This document shows positions 47,399 to 56,299 of a stretch of 64,000 nt of DNA, in pieces. The notes under the pieces were generated by a model that did not search any database, had not been told where the DNA came from, and saw nothing but the letters and a program-made list of their open reading frames with translations. The translations under genes and the position numbers were made by a program. Numbering within the stretch: the first letter of the stretch is position 1; the number at the start of each line of letters is the position of its first letter. The stretch is from Candidatus Aenigmatarchaeota archaeon (GTDB taxonomy: Archaea > Aenigmatarchaeota > Aenigmatarchaeia > GW2011-AR5), in the NCBI GenBank assembly GCA_016187335.1, contig JACPJW010000001.1, forward strand, positions 4,547 to 68,546, in the 5' to 3' direction.

Positions 47399-47992
47399 AT
47401 GAGGGAGTTCATAATGCGCGCGAGGAAGGCGCACACGAAGCCTGACGTGAACCTTAACGAGCTGCCGCAGCAGGGGAAGATGGACTCGGTCTGCGCGGCG
47501 ATAGCAGGCGCGCTGTGGATATCAGGCGACGTGAGGAGGGACACGGCCATCCATGTCGTGCTGGAGGGTCCCGGCAACGCGCCGAAGACCATAAGCTTCT
47601 ACGGCTCCGAGATAAGGGGCCTGCGCCACGATGAAAGATCTATGGCTTCGTACATTGCCGACGCGCTGAAGAAGGGCGCGTGGCTGGAACTGAACGAAGA
47701 GGCAAAGGTCAGGACGGGGATAAGGGTCGCCAAGAAAAGTTTTGAAAGGCTGGTTTGGGAAAAGAAAGGAAAGAAGATGTTCGTCCTCGACAAGGACGGC
47801 AGGGACATAAGGGACGCCGAGATTCCCGCGGATTGCGTCATAATCTTCGGCTCCGCGGAGGGCCTGCCGGCAAAAACAGAAAAGCTCTTTCGCGACCTCA
47901 GGGCGGAAAAAATAAGCCTCGGGCCGACGATGCTCTTTGCCGCCCACTGCCCGGTGATCGTTAACAACGAGATGGACAGGAGAAAGCCCTGA
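47399..47992 (+). CDS. trmY: tRNA (pseudouridine54-N1)-methyltransferase TrmY (SPOUT, DUF358)
   Basis: MREFI..., RRD, ISLGP..LFAAHC match archaeal TrmY almost residue-for-residue at conserved positions. Confidence 0.85.
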   Translation: MREFIMRARKAHTKPDVNLNELPQQGKMDSVCAAIAGALWISGDVRRDTAIHVVLEGPGNAPKTISFYGSEIRGLRHDERSMASYIADALKKGAWLELNEEAKVRTGIRVAKKSFERLVWEKKGKKMFVLDKDGRDIRDAEIPADCVIIFGSAEGLPAKTEKLFRDLRAEKISLGPTMLFAAHCPVIVNNEMDRRKP

Positions 47993-48299
47993 AAGCGAGC
48001 CAAAAAGTCCGCTTGCCGTGCATAATCAGTCCTAACTCAGAAGAATTATTTTTAGTAAAAAGTTTTAATAAAAAAGGAAAAAAATTGAGAACTAAGTTTT
48101 CATTATGTGCTTGCCGGCGCGCCTGTATTTTACCCTTCCTCTTCCGCCAGGCCTCTTGGCCGCCCTTTTAATTGCCATTTTCATCCTTATTCCTCTTGTT
48201 TTCTTGGCCATTCTTATCCACCCCATTGAATGAAGGTGCAGGCAATAGAAATTTATACAGGTAAATCATCTCAACGGGCGCCTGTTTTCATTCTGTGAG

Positions 48300-49046
48300 T
48301 CACTCGATGAAAACAAGCAGGTACATCGTGGCTATGCCGAGGGTTATCGACAAGAATTGTATTATGGAATTTCTTATATCGTTTTTCTTGTGCAGCTCCG
48401 GTATGAGGTCTGCCCCTGCTATGTAAACGAAGCCGCCGGCGGCAAAGGCTACCATGACCGGGAGCGAGCTTTCTATGTAAGTGCTGATGAATATTGACAC
48501 GACTGCGCCGAAGACTGCAAAGAGCGCCGAGATAAAATTCCAGAACAGCGCCTTCTTTCTGGAAAAGCCTCCGTGCAGCAGGACCCCGAAATCGCCTATT
48601 TCCTGGGGTATTTCATGGAAAACAACGGCAATAGTGGTTGCTATGCCTATGGGCACGCTGACCAGATAGGAAGCTGCCACGACAGCGCCGTCGATGAAAT
48701 TATGGATGGCGTCGCCGAACAGGTTCATGTAGGCGAAAGGCTGCGGGCGCGAAGCGGGAGCCAGTGTATGCTTGTGCTTCCAGTGCACGATCTTCTCGAC
48801 GATGAACGAAACCACGATGCCCAGCAGTATGTACAGTGATATGGAAGCGCTGAATCCGCCTTCAGCTGCCTCCGGGATCAGGTGTATGAACGCGTCCCCC
48901 AGGAGCGCGCCCGCCGAGAATCCCACGAGCAGGGGCAGTATGTTCCGTATCATTCTGTCGTTGACTACAAGCGTAATCACGCCTATGAAAGACACGAGGC
49001 TGACGACGGCCACGCTGGCCAGCGACATCAGGACCGGATCGACCAT
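48300..49046 (-). CDS. zupT: ZIP-family zinc transporter
   Basis: HEIPQEIGDFGVLLHGG motif and 8 TM helices. Confidence 0.85.
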   Translation of the reverse strand: MVDPVLMSLASVAVVSLVSFIGVITLVVNDRMIRNILPLLVGFSAGALLGDAFIHLIPEAAEGGFSASISLYILLGIVVSFIVEKIVHWKHKHTLAPASRPQPFAYMNLFGDAIHNFIDGAVVAASYLVSVPIGIATTIAVVFHEIPQEIGDFGVLLHGGFSRKKALFWNFISALFAVFGAVVSIFISTYIESSLPVMVAFAAGGFVYIAGADLIPELHKKNDIRNSIIQFLSITLGIATMYLLVFIE

Positions 49047-49058
49047 GAAAATATCTAT

Positions 49059-49091
49059 TGTTATTAAATTTAAGCTTTGTTGTTAATAACA
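49059..49091. promoter_or_regulatory. Candidate NikR operator: TGTTATTAA-N15-TTAATAACA
   Basis: Perfect 9-bp inverted arms with a 15-nt spacer in the 84-nt divergent zupT/nikR intergenic region. The architecture resembles known two-half-site NikR operators. Confidence 0.4.
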
Positions 49092-49130
49092 TACATGGGC
49101 TCTAGGATGAAAATTTAATAAGGCGGTTTC

Positions 49131-49517
49131 ATGGCGAAGATAATCAGCGTGTCTTTGGGCGAAGAGCTGCTCAGTGAAATAGACAGCGTGCAGAAAGACG
49201 TGGGGTTTTCAGGCCGCTCTGAAGCCATAAGGTCCGGAATGAAGCTTCTGCTTGACGACCTGAAGGAAAAGGAAAAACTGAAGGGCCACGCCGAGTGCGT
49301 TCTTGTCCTTGCTCACGACAGGAAGTTCGAAGACGCGTTCACGCAGGCGAAGCACGACCATGAGGACATCATAAGCACCCAGATTCACAGCAATTTCTGC
49401 AATAACAAGTGCCTCGAGGTGTTCGTGCTGCACGGCTCTGCTGACAAGATAAGGGATTTCTTTTCGGAAATAAGGAAAAACAAGCGCTCGGAATACGTGA
49501 AGCTGATAGTGCCTTGA
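49131..49517 (+). CDS. nikR: Nickel-responsive regulator NikR (RHH + metal-binding domain)
   Basis: N-terminal ribbon-helix-helix (SVSLGEELLSEIDSV...GRSEAIRSGM). C-terminal His/Cys ligands (HAECVLVLAHDRK...H..H...C). Confidence 0.7.
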   Translation: MAKIISVSLGEELLSEIDSVQKDVGFSGRSEAIRSGMKLLLDDLKEKEKLKGHAECVLVLAHDRKFEDAFTQAKHDHEDIISTQIHSNFCNNKCLEVFVLHGSADKIRDFFSEIRKNKRSEYVKLIVP

Positions 49518-49554
49518 TTCGGGTTTTTATAATTATCCCTTCCCCACTTTATTT

Positions 49555-49701
49555 ATGGCGCTATTGGAACTGGTATTCAGCATAATTGTCCTAGCCGCGG
49601 CGTTCTACCTGGGCATCAAGATAATCGGGAACATCATTTACACTGTCCTGCTGATCGCAGCCCTGTTCCTGCTCCTGTGGTTCGCCGGATTCCTGGCATG
49701 A
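49555..49701 (+). CDS. Possible 48-aa membrane peptide
   Basis: MALLELVFSIIVLAAAFYLGIKIIGNIIYTVLLIAALFLLLWFAGFLA. Overlaps the 3' end of the convergent glycosylase gene. Speculative. Confidence 0.2.
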   Translation: MALLELVFSIIVLAAAFYLGIKIIGNIIYTVLLIAALFLLLWFAGFLA

Positions 49702-50279
49702 GCCTTCCCGTCTTCGACAATCAGGGCGTGGAATTCCCTGAACATGTTAACATCTTTGGGCAGGGCTTTCTCAAAAAGCTGCCTTATTTCCTCGTAGCCT
49801 TCGCCGCCGCCGATCAGGCCCAGCCGTGACAGCATGCGCCGCGTATAGGCATCAACGACAAAGCAGGGCCTGCCGCAGGCGTAAAGCAGGATGCTGTCCG
49901 CGGTCTCGCGGCCGATGCCGTTTAATGCAAGCAGTTGTTCGCGTGTCACTTCTTTGTAGAAATTCCCGTTGAAATTTTTCACGAAAACGCAGAAATTCTT
50001 CAGGCGCTTTGATTTCTGGCGGTAAAATCCTGAGGGCTTTATGAGTTTCTGCAATTTCGGCAAGGGCATTTCTGCTATTTTATCCGCCGATGTGATTTTT
50101 GCGTCGCTGAGGTTTTGCAGCGCCTTCTCGGCGTTCCGCCAGCTGGTGTTCTGCGTCAGGATTGCCCCGACGCATATTTCAAATTCCTGCGGAGCAAAGC
50201 TGTGCTTGACAGGCCACCATTTCTGCGGGCCGTGCTTGGCGAGCAGCGATTCGTAGAGTTGTTTGTAAAGGGCTTTCAT
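49638..50279 (-). CDS. HhH-GPD DNA glycosylase (EndoIII-like, no Fe-S cluster motif)
   Basis: LLALNGIGRETADSILLYA helix-hairpin-helix/GPD motif. No C-terminal Cys4 cluster. Confidence 0.65.
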   Translation of the reverse strand: MKALYKQLYESLLAKHGPQKWWPVKHSFAPQEFEICVGAILTQNTSWRNAEKALQNLSDAKITSADKIAEMPLPKLQKLIKPSGFYRQKSKRLKNFCVFVKNFNGNFYKEVTREQLLALNGIGRETADSILLYACGRPCFVVDAYTRRMLSRLGLIGGGEGYEEIRQLFEKALPKDVNMFREFHALIVEDGKAHARNPANHRSRNRAAISRTV

Positions 50280-50295
50280 GAGAAAAACTGTCCGC

Positions 50296-52092
50296 TCAAT
50301 TTTTAATTGTTTGCTTCCGGGCTTTCCTGTATTTCCTCCACATTCTGCCGAATTCCTTGGTCTTCATGATTTCGCCGAAGCTGCCGCTTGCCACGAGCCT
50401 GCCCCCCCTGAAGACGTAAATCCTGTCGAACATAGGAAGCAGGTGAAGCCTATGGACCGAGGAAAGTATAGTCCTGTCCTTGAACTCGCGGAATATATTC
50501 GTGTATATCGCCATTTCATTGACCGTGTCCACGCTGCTGGTCGGTTCGTCAAGAAGTATTATCGGCGAGTCTTCCGCCGCAAGCAGCCCGCGGGCCAGAG
50601 CCAGCCTTTGCTTCTCGCCCGTGCTCAGGTTCACGCCCCTCTCCTTGATGTGGGAATTGTATTTCTTCGGAAGCCTTGCCGCCACTTTGGCGAATCGCGC
50701 GATCCCCGCATATTTCTGGATTTTCTTCATGCTTGCGCGCCTCAGCATCGTTATGTTATCCTTCACGGTCGCGTCAAACAATTCCGGGTCCTGCGGAAGC
50801 AGCGTCATGTTCCCGGCCAGTGGCTCGAAGTCCTTGAATTTCCTGCCGTTTATCTCGATAAGGACATGCTTGGGCTTGTAGAGTGCTCTTATCAGCTTGA
50901 GGAACGTGGTTTTCCCGCCGCCGCTCTCGCCTACAAGAGCTATTTTCTCGCCGTTGCGTATTTCCAGCGAAACGTTATTGAGGTGAAGATTGCTTTCCGC
51001 ATCATGATAGTGGAAAGAAAGGCCTGTAATTTTCATTTTTTCCCATGGCATACTAAGATCAAAAGATCTGGTCATATCCTTTTTCCCGAATTCCTTGCTT
51101 ATCTCGTTGGCATTCTGCATCGCTGTCTTCTGCCTTACCAGATCGCTGTAGCTGGCTGCGAACTGGAAGAAGCTCTCGCGTATTTTACCGACATAACCGT
51201 AGAATATGTACACCGTCCCTATCAGCACCGCGCTTCCTGCCGCGTAGCTGCCCAGAATATATGATATGAGCACTGCGGCGAACATCACCGCGCCCAGGAT
51301 GGACACGAGAAACCATTTTGTTTCGTTGGTCTTCGACGCACTGCTGTGCATGGAGAATGGTGCGATTATTTTCCTGTACATCATGTTCGATGAAAGCCTT
51401 TCAAGCCTGAGTATTACGACGGTCGCTATATTGCTTATTATGTCAAATACCTTCGCGGATATCTCGTTCTCGGCCCTGAAAATCTTCCTGTACATGATTA
51501 TCAGGGTCCTGTCAAGCCGCAATACAATCAGAAAGCTGAGCAGTGTTATTATCCCCACGATGTACGCGGAATTTATGTCAAACAATGCGAGCACGATGTA
51601 CGCGGTAATGAAGCCCACGATTATTCTTATTATCTGCCAGGAGTTCTGCGAGAAATTGTAGATGCTGCTGGCCCCTTTCTCTATCCTGTCTATTGTTTCG
51701 CCTGAATGGTGCTCGGCATGCCACTTCATTGGCAGGCTCATCGTGCCCTCAAGCATCCGCTTCCTGTATCTCGCCCTTGCGTAGAAAGCGTTGTTCGTTT
51801 CGATCACCCTCGAAGGACCGTGAAAAACCCAGAATCCCACCTCTATTGTTACCAGCGCCGCGATAAGCCAGAATATCGCATTGGTGCTGGAAGCGGTGAT
51901 GCCCTGCGTCTGTATCGTGTTGAGCATCATCGCGAAAATCACGGGCTCAAGCAGGGATATCAGATTGGCTATCGTCGACAGGGCGAGGTAAAGCACGACC
52001 ATGCGCCTGTTGCCTTCGGAGTACTTCCACATCTCCCGCGCCATGTAAATTAGAGGGTTTTCGCCTGTTTTCATGCGGCTCACTGTAATCAT
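50296..52092 (-). CDS. ABC exporter, fused permease/ATPase
   Basis: 6-TM N-terminal domain. Walker A GESGGGKTT, signature LSTGEKQRLALARGLL, Walker B ILLDEPTSSVD. Confidence 0.85.
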   Translation of the reverse strand: MITVSRMKTGENPLIYMAREMWKYSEGNRRMVVLYLALSTIANLISLLEPVIFAMMLNTIQTQGITASSTNAIFWLIAALVTIEVGFWVFHGPSRVIETNNAFYARARYRKRMLEGTMSLPMKWHAEHHSGETIDRIEKGASSIYNFSQNSWQIIRIIVGFITAYIVLALFDINSAYIVGIITLLSFLIVLRLDRTLIIMYRKIFRAENEISAKVFDIISNIATVVILRLERLSSNMMYRKIIAPFSMHSSASKTNETKWFLVSILGAVMFAAVLISYILGSYAAGSAVLIGTVYIFYGYVGKIRESFFQFAASYSDLVRQKTAMQNANEISKEFGKKDMTRSFDLSMPWEKMKITGLSFHYHDAESNLHLNNVSLEIRNGEKIALVGESGGGKTTFLKLIRALYKPKHVLIEINGRKFKDFEPLAGNMTLLPQDPELFDATVKDNITMLRRASMKKIQKYAGIARFAKVAARLPKKYNSHIKERGVNLSTGEKQRLALARGLLAAEDSPIILLDEPTSSVDTVNEMAIYTNIFREFKDRTILSSVHRLHLLPMFDRIYVFRGGRLVASGSFGEIMKTKEFGRMWRKYRKARKQTIKN

Positions 52093-52153
52093 TCGGAGGA
52101 CTAGGCTTTAATGAGTTCAAATGGGCACGACAGGATATTCGCCACTGACCTCT

Positions 52154-52184
52154 TTTGATGAAACTTTGGAGCAGCAAAGTTTCT
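52154..52184. repeat. Variant copy of the ttttgatgAAACTTT palindromic element
   Basis: ttttgatgaaactttg-gagcag-caaagtttc with 9-bp inverted arms, immediately 5' (plus coordinates) of the tRNA-like fragment. Confidence 0.55.
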
Positions 52185-52185
52185 A

Positions 52186-52230
52186 TGAGCCCGATGGGAT
52201 TCGAACCCACGACCTTCTTGGACCTATTCT
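52186..52230 (-). other. Orphan tRNA 3' fragment (T-arm + acceptor 3' strand) or highly non-canonical tRNA
   Basis: Minus strand GGTCGTGGG-TTCGAAT-CCCAT-CGGGCTC-A is a clean T-arm and 3' acceptor. No matching 5' acceptor strand could be found within 100 nt. Confidence 0.4.
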
Positions 52231-52287
52231 TACATCACTGCAAAAACAGTCGGTCCGAAGCCGGACGCTCTATTTGCCACAACTTTT

Positions 52288-52317
52288 CGTTTTGATGCAA
52301 CTTTTCTGAAAAGTTGC
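52288..52317. repeat. Copy of the cgttttgatgcAACTTTTCTGAAAAGTTg element
   Basis: Near-identical over ~30 nt to 3852-3882 and 6567-6596. Palindrome spans 52298-52316. Confidence 0.7.
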
Positions 52318-52382
52318 CCTGGCTAAGCTACGGGCCCAGCAGCATAATGATGTATGTTAGAACAAGCGCTTATAAATTATAT

Positions 52383-53747
52383 TCATCCGAGGTATTTCAT
52401 CATAACCTTGCGGATTGTCGCGGGGTCGCCTCTTCCTTCTGTCTTCCGCATGACCTGGCCTACAAGGAAATTGAATGCTTCCTGCTTGCCAGATTTGTAA
52501 TCAACGACAGCAGAAGCGTTCTCCGCAATCGTCTGCTTCACTGACTGCTCCAGAACTGTTTCATCATAAATGCGCTTTCTCGTGCCGACTGCTTTTTCAG
52601 GATCCGTCGGCCGCAGGACCATCTCGCGCAGCAGCATCTCCGCGCTGCGCTCCGTGATTGCTTTCTCTTGTACCATTTTCAGCAGTTTCACCAGCCCTTC
52701 CTCTGTCAGCTCGCTTTCAGATATCCGCAGAGTGTTGTAGTTCAGCGTCTTTTTGATTTCCCCGGCGAACCATTTCGCGGCCAATTGAACGTCTGTTTTC
52801 TTTATTACTTTTTCGAACATGTCGGCAAGATCAGGCTCTGATGCTATGGCTTCGGCTATTTCCTGCTGCAGCTTCGTTTCCTTCACGTAACGCCGCACTT
52901 TCTGCTCCGCGAATTCGGGCATCAGCTTTTTCAGCTCATCCGTTTTCTTCGCGTCAATGGTTATTTTCACTAGGTCCGGTTCCATGATGTATCCGTAGTC
53001 CTCTTCCTCTTCCTTCGTGCGCAGCGTTTTCGTCGTTCCCGAGACAGGATCCCATCCGCGCGTTTCTCTTACAATTTTCCTGCCGTGCCTCAGCATGTAG
53101 TTCTGCCTGACAATTTCATAGTTCAATGCTTTTTCCACGTCTTTAAAACCGGAAATGTTCTTCACTTCCACCCTTTCCTTCTTGACGGAAATGTTTGCGT
53201 CAACCCTCATCGAGCCTTCTATGTTAGGGTCAAAAACTCCCAGGTATTGCAGGATGCTTGAAAGCTTCTGCAAAAAGATGCGCGCTTCCTTGACGTCAAC
53301 AAAGCTGGGTTCAGTTACAATCTCGCAGAGCGGCGTTCCGCTGCGGTTGTAATCAACAAGAACGTAGTCGCCTGCGTGAACGAGCCGCGCAGGGTCTTCC
53401 TCAAGGTTGATTCTTCTGATTTCAATCCTTTTCTCCCCGATGCTCAGCCATCCGTTCTGCGCCAGCGGGATTTCATACTGCGTTATCTGGTAGTTCTTGG
53501 AAAGGTCCGGATAGAAATACGATTTTCTTGAAAAGAATGTTTCCTTCGGGAACTTGCAGTTCAATGCCAAAGCTACCTTCATCCCGTATTCTATTGCTTT
53601 TTTATTGACCCTCGGCTTGCTTCCGGGAAATCCCAAACAGGTTTCACAGGTTAAAGTATTCGGCTCTTTCACAAATTCGTTCCTGCAGCCGCAGAACATC
53701 TTTGTCTGCGTGAGCAGCTGTGTGTGGATTTCCAGGCCGATTTTCAT
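52383..53747 (-). CDS. gatB: Asp-tRNA(Asn)/Glu-tRNA(Gln) amidotransferase subunit B
   Basis: MKIGLEIHTQL...CGC...CETCLGFPG GatB N-terminus. Start set at the internal Met whose ATG overlaps the upstream stop (ATGA). Confidence 0.85.
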   Translation of the reverse strand: MKIGLEIHTQLLTQTKMFCGCRNEFVKEPNTLTCETCLGFPGSKPRVNKKAIEYGMKVALALNCKFPKETFFSRKSYFYPDLSKNYQITQYEIPLAQNGWLSIGEKRIEIRRINLEEDPARLVHAGDYVLVDYNRSGTPLCEIVTEPSFVDVKEARIFLQKLSSILQYLGVFDPNIEGSMRVDANISVKKERVEVKNISGFKDVEKALNYEIVRQNYMLRHGRKIVRETRGWDPVSGTTKTLRTKEEEEDYGYIMEPDLVKITIDAKKTDELKKLMPEFAEQKVRRYVKETKLQQEIAEAIASEPDLADMFEKVIKKTDVQLAAKWFAGEIKKTLNYNTLRISESELTEEGLVKLLKMVQEKAITERSAEMLLREMVLRPTDPEKAVGTRKRIYDETVLEQSVKQTIAENASAVVDYKSGKQEAFNFLVGQVMRKTEGRGDPATIRKVMMKYLG

Positions 53748-54358
53748 GCGTGAACACCATAATTGCGCAAAGCCCTTTCCAGCTGCTTCGCATTTTTGAA
53801 CATGATAGTTTTCGCGCCCGTTTTTTTCACGGCTTCCAGAAATTCTTTTGAATCGTCCACGACGATGCATTCCGCAGGGCGAAGCCGCATTTTCCTTGCG
53901 GCGCTTTTGAAAAGCCTGACATCAGGCTTGGCAAAGCCATGGTCAAAAGAAAAGTGGTGCCCGTGAAATTCCTTCAGAACTCTGTATTTCCTGTCAAGAT
54001 AGCGCACCCTTTCCCGTATGTTTCCGGAAAGGACTACAACCCGGTATTTTTTCCTTAATTTCCTGACAAGCTGTTTCATTTCTCGCAGCGGAACATACGA
54101 AGAAAACCATATCTTTTCCATTTCTCTTGCCTGTTTTCTGGAAATTTTGAGCTTTCCTGATACCCCTTTCCAGAATTCCGCGGGCCCTGCCTTGCCTTCA
54201 TGGTATTTCTTATAATAGTTTCCGCTGAACGAGCCTGCAACGGTCTTTTCAGGCATCATGAATTTTCTTGCTATCCTTTTCATGCCGATGCTTCTGCCGT
54301 GGGTGAAATAAACGCCGCCGAAATCCAGCATGATGACGGGTTTGTCGTTGGTTTTCAT
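53744..54358 (-). CDS. HAD-superfamily hydrolase
   Basis: IMLDFGGV (DxDG-type motif I) and VVDDS motif IV. Start at internal Met; the longer ORF to 54418 would overlap the NUDIX gene. Confidence 0.6.
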   Translation of the reverse strand: MKTNDKPVIMLDFGGVYFTHGRSIGMKRIARKFMMPEKTVAGSFSGNYYKKYHEGKAGPAEFWKGVSGKLKISRKQAREMEKIWFSSYVPLREMKQLVRKLRKKYRVVVLSGNIRERVRYLDRKYRVLKEFHGHHFSFDHGFAKPDVRLFKSAARKMRLRPAECIVVDDSKEFLEAVKKTGAKTIMFKNAKQLERALRNYGVHA

Positions 54359-54362
54359 TTGT

Positions 54363-54902
54363 TCACCTTTTTTTCTTATGAGTTTGTAAATATCTTCTTG
54401 CAAGGTACAATGACGCAATTACCCTTGCTTCAGTAAGTTGTTTTTTATCAATGAATTTTTCAAAATGTTCAAAAGGGATTTTTGTTAATTCCATTTCTTC
54501 ATCTTCGTCGCCCGGCAGTTTGTTTTTGGCCAGTTTCCTTGCCAGATACACATGGGTCTTGTGTCTTGTATTTCCTGGAGAAACAATCAGAGTGCCTAAT
54601 GAAATAAGCTCGCCTGCTTTGTAGCCGATCTCTTCCTGCAGTTCCCTGTTTGCAGCTTCCAGAGGATTTCCAGAATCAACCCTGCCTTTAGGCAGGCTAA
54701 GTTGGTAATCATCGATAGCAGCAAAATACTCCTTTATCAATATCAACTTTCCGTCATCAGTTATAGGCACAATCAAAGATGAGTCCTTTTTCTCTACTAA
54801 ATTGAACGTAATTTTTTTATCGTTTTTCAGCTTCAGGTCTATTTCCTTTATGGTGAAAATGCTAGTCTTGAAAACTTCTCTTTCCGCTATTACTTTTTTC
54901 AT
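54363..54902 (-). CDS. NUDIX hydrolase
   Basis: Nudix box GRVDSGNPLEAANRELQEEIGY. Confidence 0.75.
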   Translation of the reverse strand: MKKVIAEREVFKTSIFTIKEIDLKLKNDKKITFNLVEKKDSSLIVPITDDGKLILIKEYFAAIDDYQLSLPKGRVDSGNPLEAANRELQEEIGYKAGELISLGTLIVSPGNTRHKTHVYLARKLAKNKLPGDEDEEMELTKIPFEHFEKFIDKKQLTEARVIASLYLARRYLQTHKKKR

Positions 54903-56299
54903 TTTTGCTCACGCTCGAAAGCCGCGGCTGTTTCTATCAGTTTCGCTTCAGCGAGATGGTCCCCCAGTAAATGCAAGCCTACCGGCATGTTGTTGGTGAA
55001 TCCGCAATTGATTGATAAATGCGGAATGCCTGCGAGGTTAGCAGGCACGGTCAAAACGTCCATCTGGTAGTTCTGCAGCGGCGTTAATTTTGCAATGTCA
55101 GCAAATTTGGGCGGCGCCACGGGCATCGTCGGTGCCGCGATGACGTCGTACTTGCCGAATGCTTTCTTGAAGTCCCTGATTATCAGCGTGCGCACCTGCA
55201 TTGCCTTGAGGTAATAAGCGTCCCTGTAGCCGGACATGCGCGCGAAAGTTCCCAGCATCACGCGGCGCTTCGCTTCCGTGCCCAAGCCGGCGGCGCGCAC
55301 CTTTGAGAAATATTCGTTGTATGTTCCTTCCAGGGGCATGTGCAGCCCGTACCTCATGCCGCAGTATTTCGCAAGGTTCGTTGATGCCTCGGCAGTTGCG
55401 ATAATGTAGTAAGCGGCTAAAGCATACTTCGTCGTCGGAAGCGAGAACTCGCTGTAGGATGCGCCCAGGCTTTCCAGGCGCTCTATGGCTGACCAAACAT
55501 TCCTGCTCACGGCTTCGTCGACGTTTTCAAAGTATTCCTTCGGCACTCCAATGCGCAATCCCGACAAATCTTTTTTCGCGGCATGCTTCGTGTAATCCTT
55601 TTTCTTTTCCTGCAGCGAGGTGCTATCCCTTGCATCATGTCCTGCGATGCACGAAAGCAGCAGTGCAACATCGTAAACCTGCCTTCCTATTAAGCCTATC
55701 TTGTCCAGGGAATTCGCGTAATCGATAAGCCCGTAGCGCGAAACCAGGCCGTAAGTGGGCGTCAGGCCGACAACGCCGCAGAAAGAAGCAGGGCATGAAA
55801 TGCTCCCTCCTGTTGATTCTGCTAACGCCACGTGCGGCATGTTCAATGCGGCAGCAAGCCCTGCAGCGCCGCCTGACGAGCCGCCTGTGCTTCTTTGCGG
55901 GTCGTAAGGGTTTTTCGGCACGCCGTAAGCGCTGTTGGTGCTGAATGTGCCGAAGCCGAACTCGTCCTGCTGCGTCTTTCCTAAAATCCTGCAGCCTTCA
56001 GCGCGCAGCCTTTCAACAGCCGTGGCGTCGAAGTGCGGGACATAGCCTTCCAGAATCCTAGACCCTGCCGTGCTTTGTATCCTTGCAGTGCATATGTTGT
56101 CCTTCACGCTTATCGGCAATCCGAAGAAGGAAGGCTCTATCGAAACAAACTTTGTCAGGTCTTCTATCGTTATGAGGAAATTATACTGCTCGTCCAGGGC
56201 GCGCGTTTTTTCCATCAGCTTCGCGACGAAATCAAGATAATCTATATTGCCGGCTTTCGACTGCTCAAGGAACTCGCGGACGGTGATGCTGTATTTCAT
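54899..56299 (-). CDS. gatA: Glu-tRNA(Gln)/Asp-tRNA(Asn) amidotransferase subunit A
   Basis: Amidase signature GGSSGGAAGLAA...GGSISCPASFCGVVGLTPTYG. Confidence 0.9.
   Translation of the reverse strand: MKYSITVREFLEQSKAGNIDYLDFVAKLMEKTRALDEQYNFLITIEDLTKFVSIEPSFFGLPISVKDNICTARIQSTAGSRILEGYVPHFDATAVERLRAEGCRILGKTQQDEFGFGTFSTNSAYGVPKNPYDPQRSTGGSSGGAAGLAAALNMPHVALAESTGGSISCPASFCGVVGLTPTYGLVSRYGLIDYANSLDKIGLIGRQVYDVALLLSCIAGHDARDSTSLQEKKKDYTKHAAKKDLSGLRIGVPKEYFENVDEAVSRNVWSAIERLESLGASYSEFSLPTTKYALAAYYIIATAEASTNLAKYCGMRYGLHMPLEGTYNEYFSKVRAAGLGTEAKRRVMLGTFARMSGYRDAYYLKAMQVRTLIIRDFKKAFGKYDVIAAPTMPVAPPKFADIAKLTPLQNYQMDVLTVPANLAGIPHLSINCGFTNNMPVGLHLLGDHLAEAKLIETAAAFEREQK

Noticed and set aside
52186-52275. 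Full-length canonical tRNA at the tRNA-like fragment
   Set aside because: The T-arm and 3' acceptor are clear, but the best candidate 5' acceptor (GAGCGTC) mismatches at two or three of seven positions. The putative D-loop would be only 4-5 nt. So only a fragment or non-canonical gene is claimed.
52121-52309. 62-aa plus-strand ORF and 51947..52210 minus-strand ORF
   Set aside because: Overlap the tRNA-like fragment and palindromic elements. The translations contain no credible protein features.
53748-53870. N-terminal 41-aa extension of the gatB ORF
   Set aside because: GatB homology starts at the internal MKIGLEIH. That ATG overlaps the upstream gene's stop (ATGA), which fits translational coupling. 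The extension is basic, low-complexity and would overlap the HAD gene.
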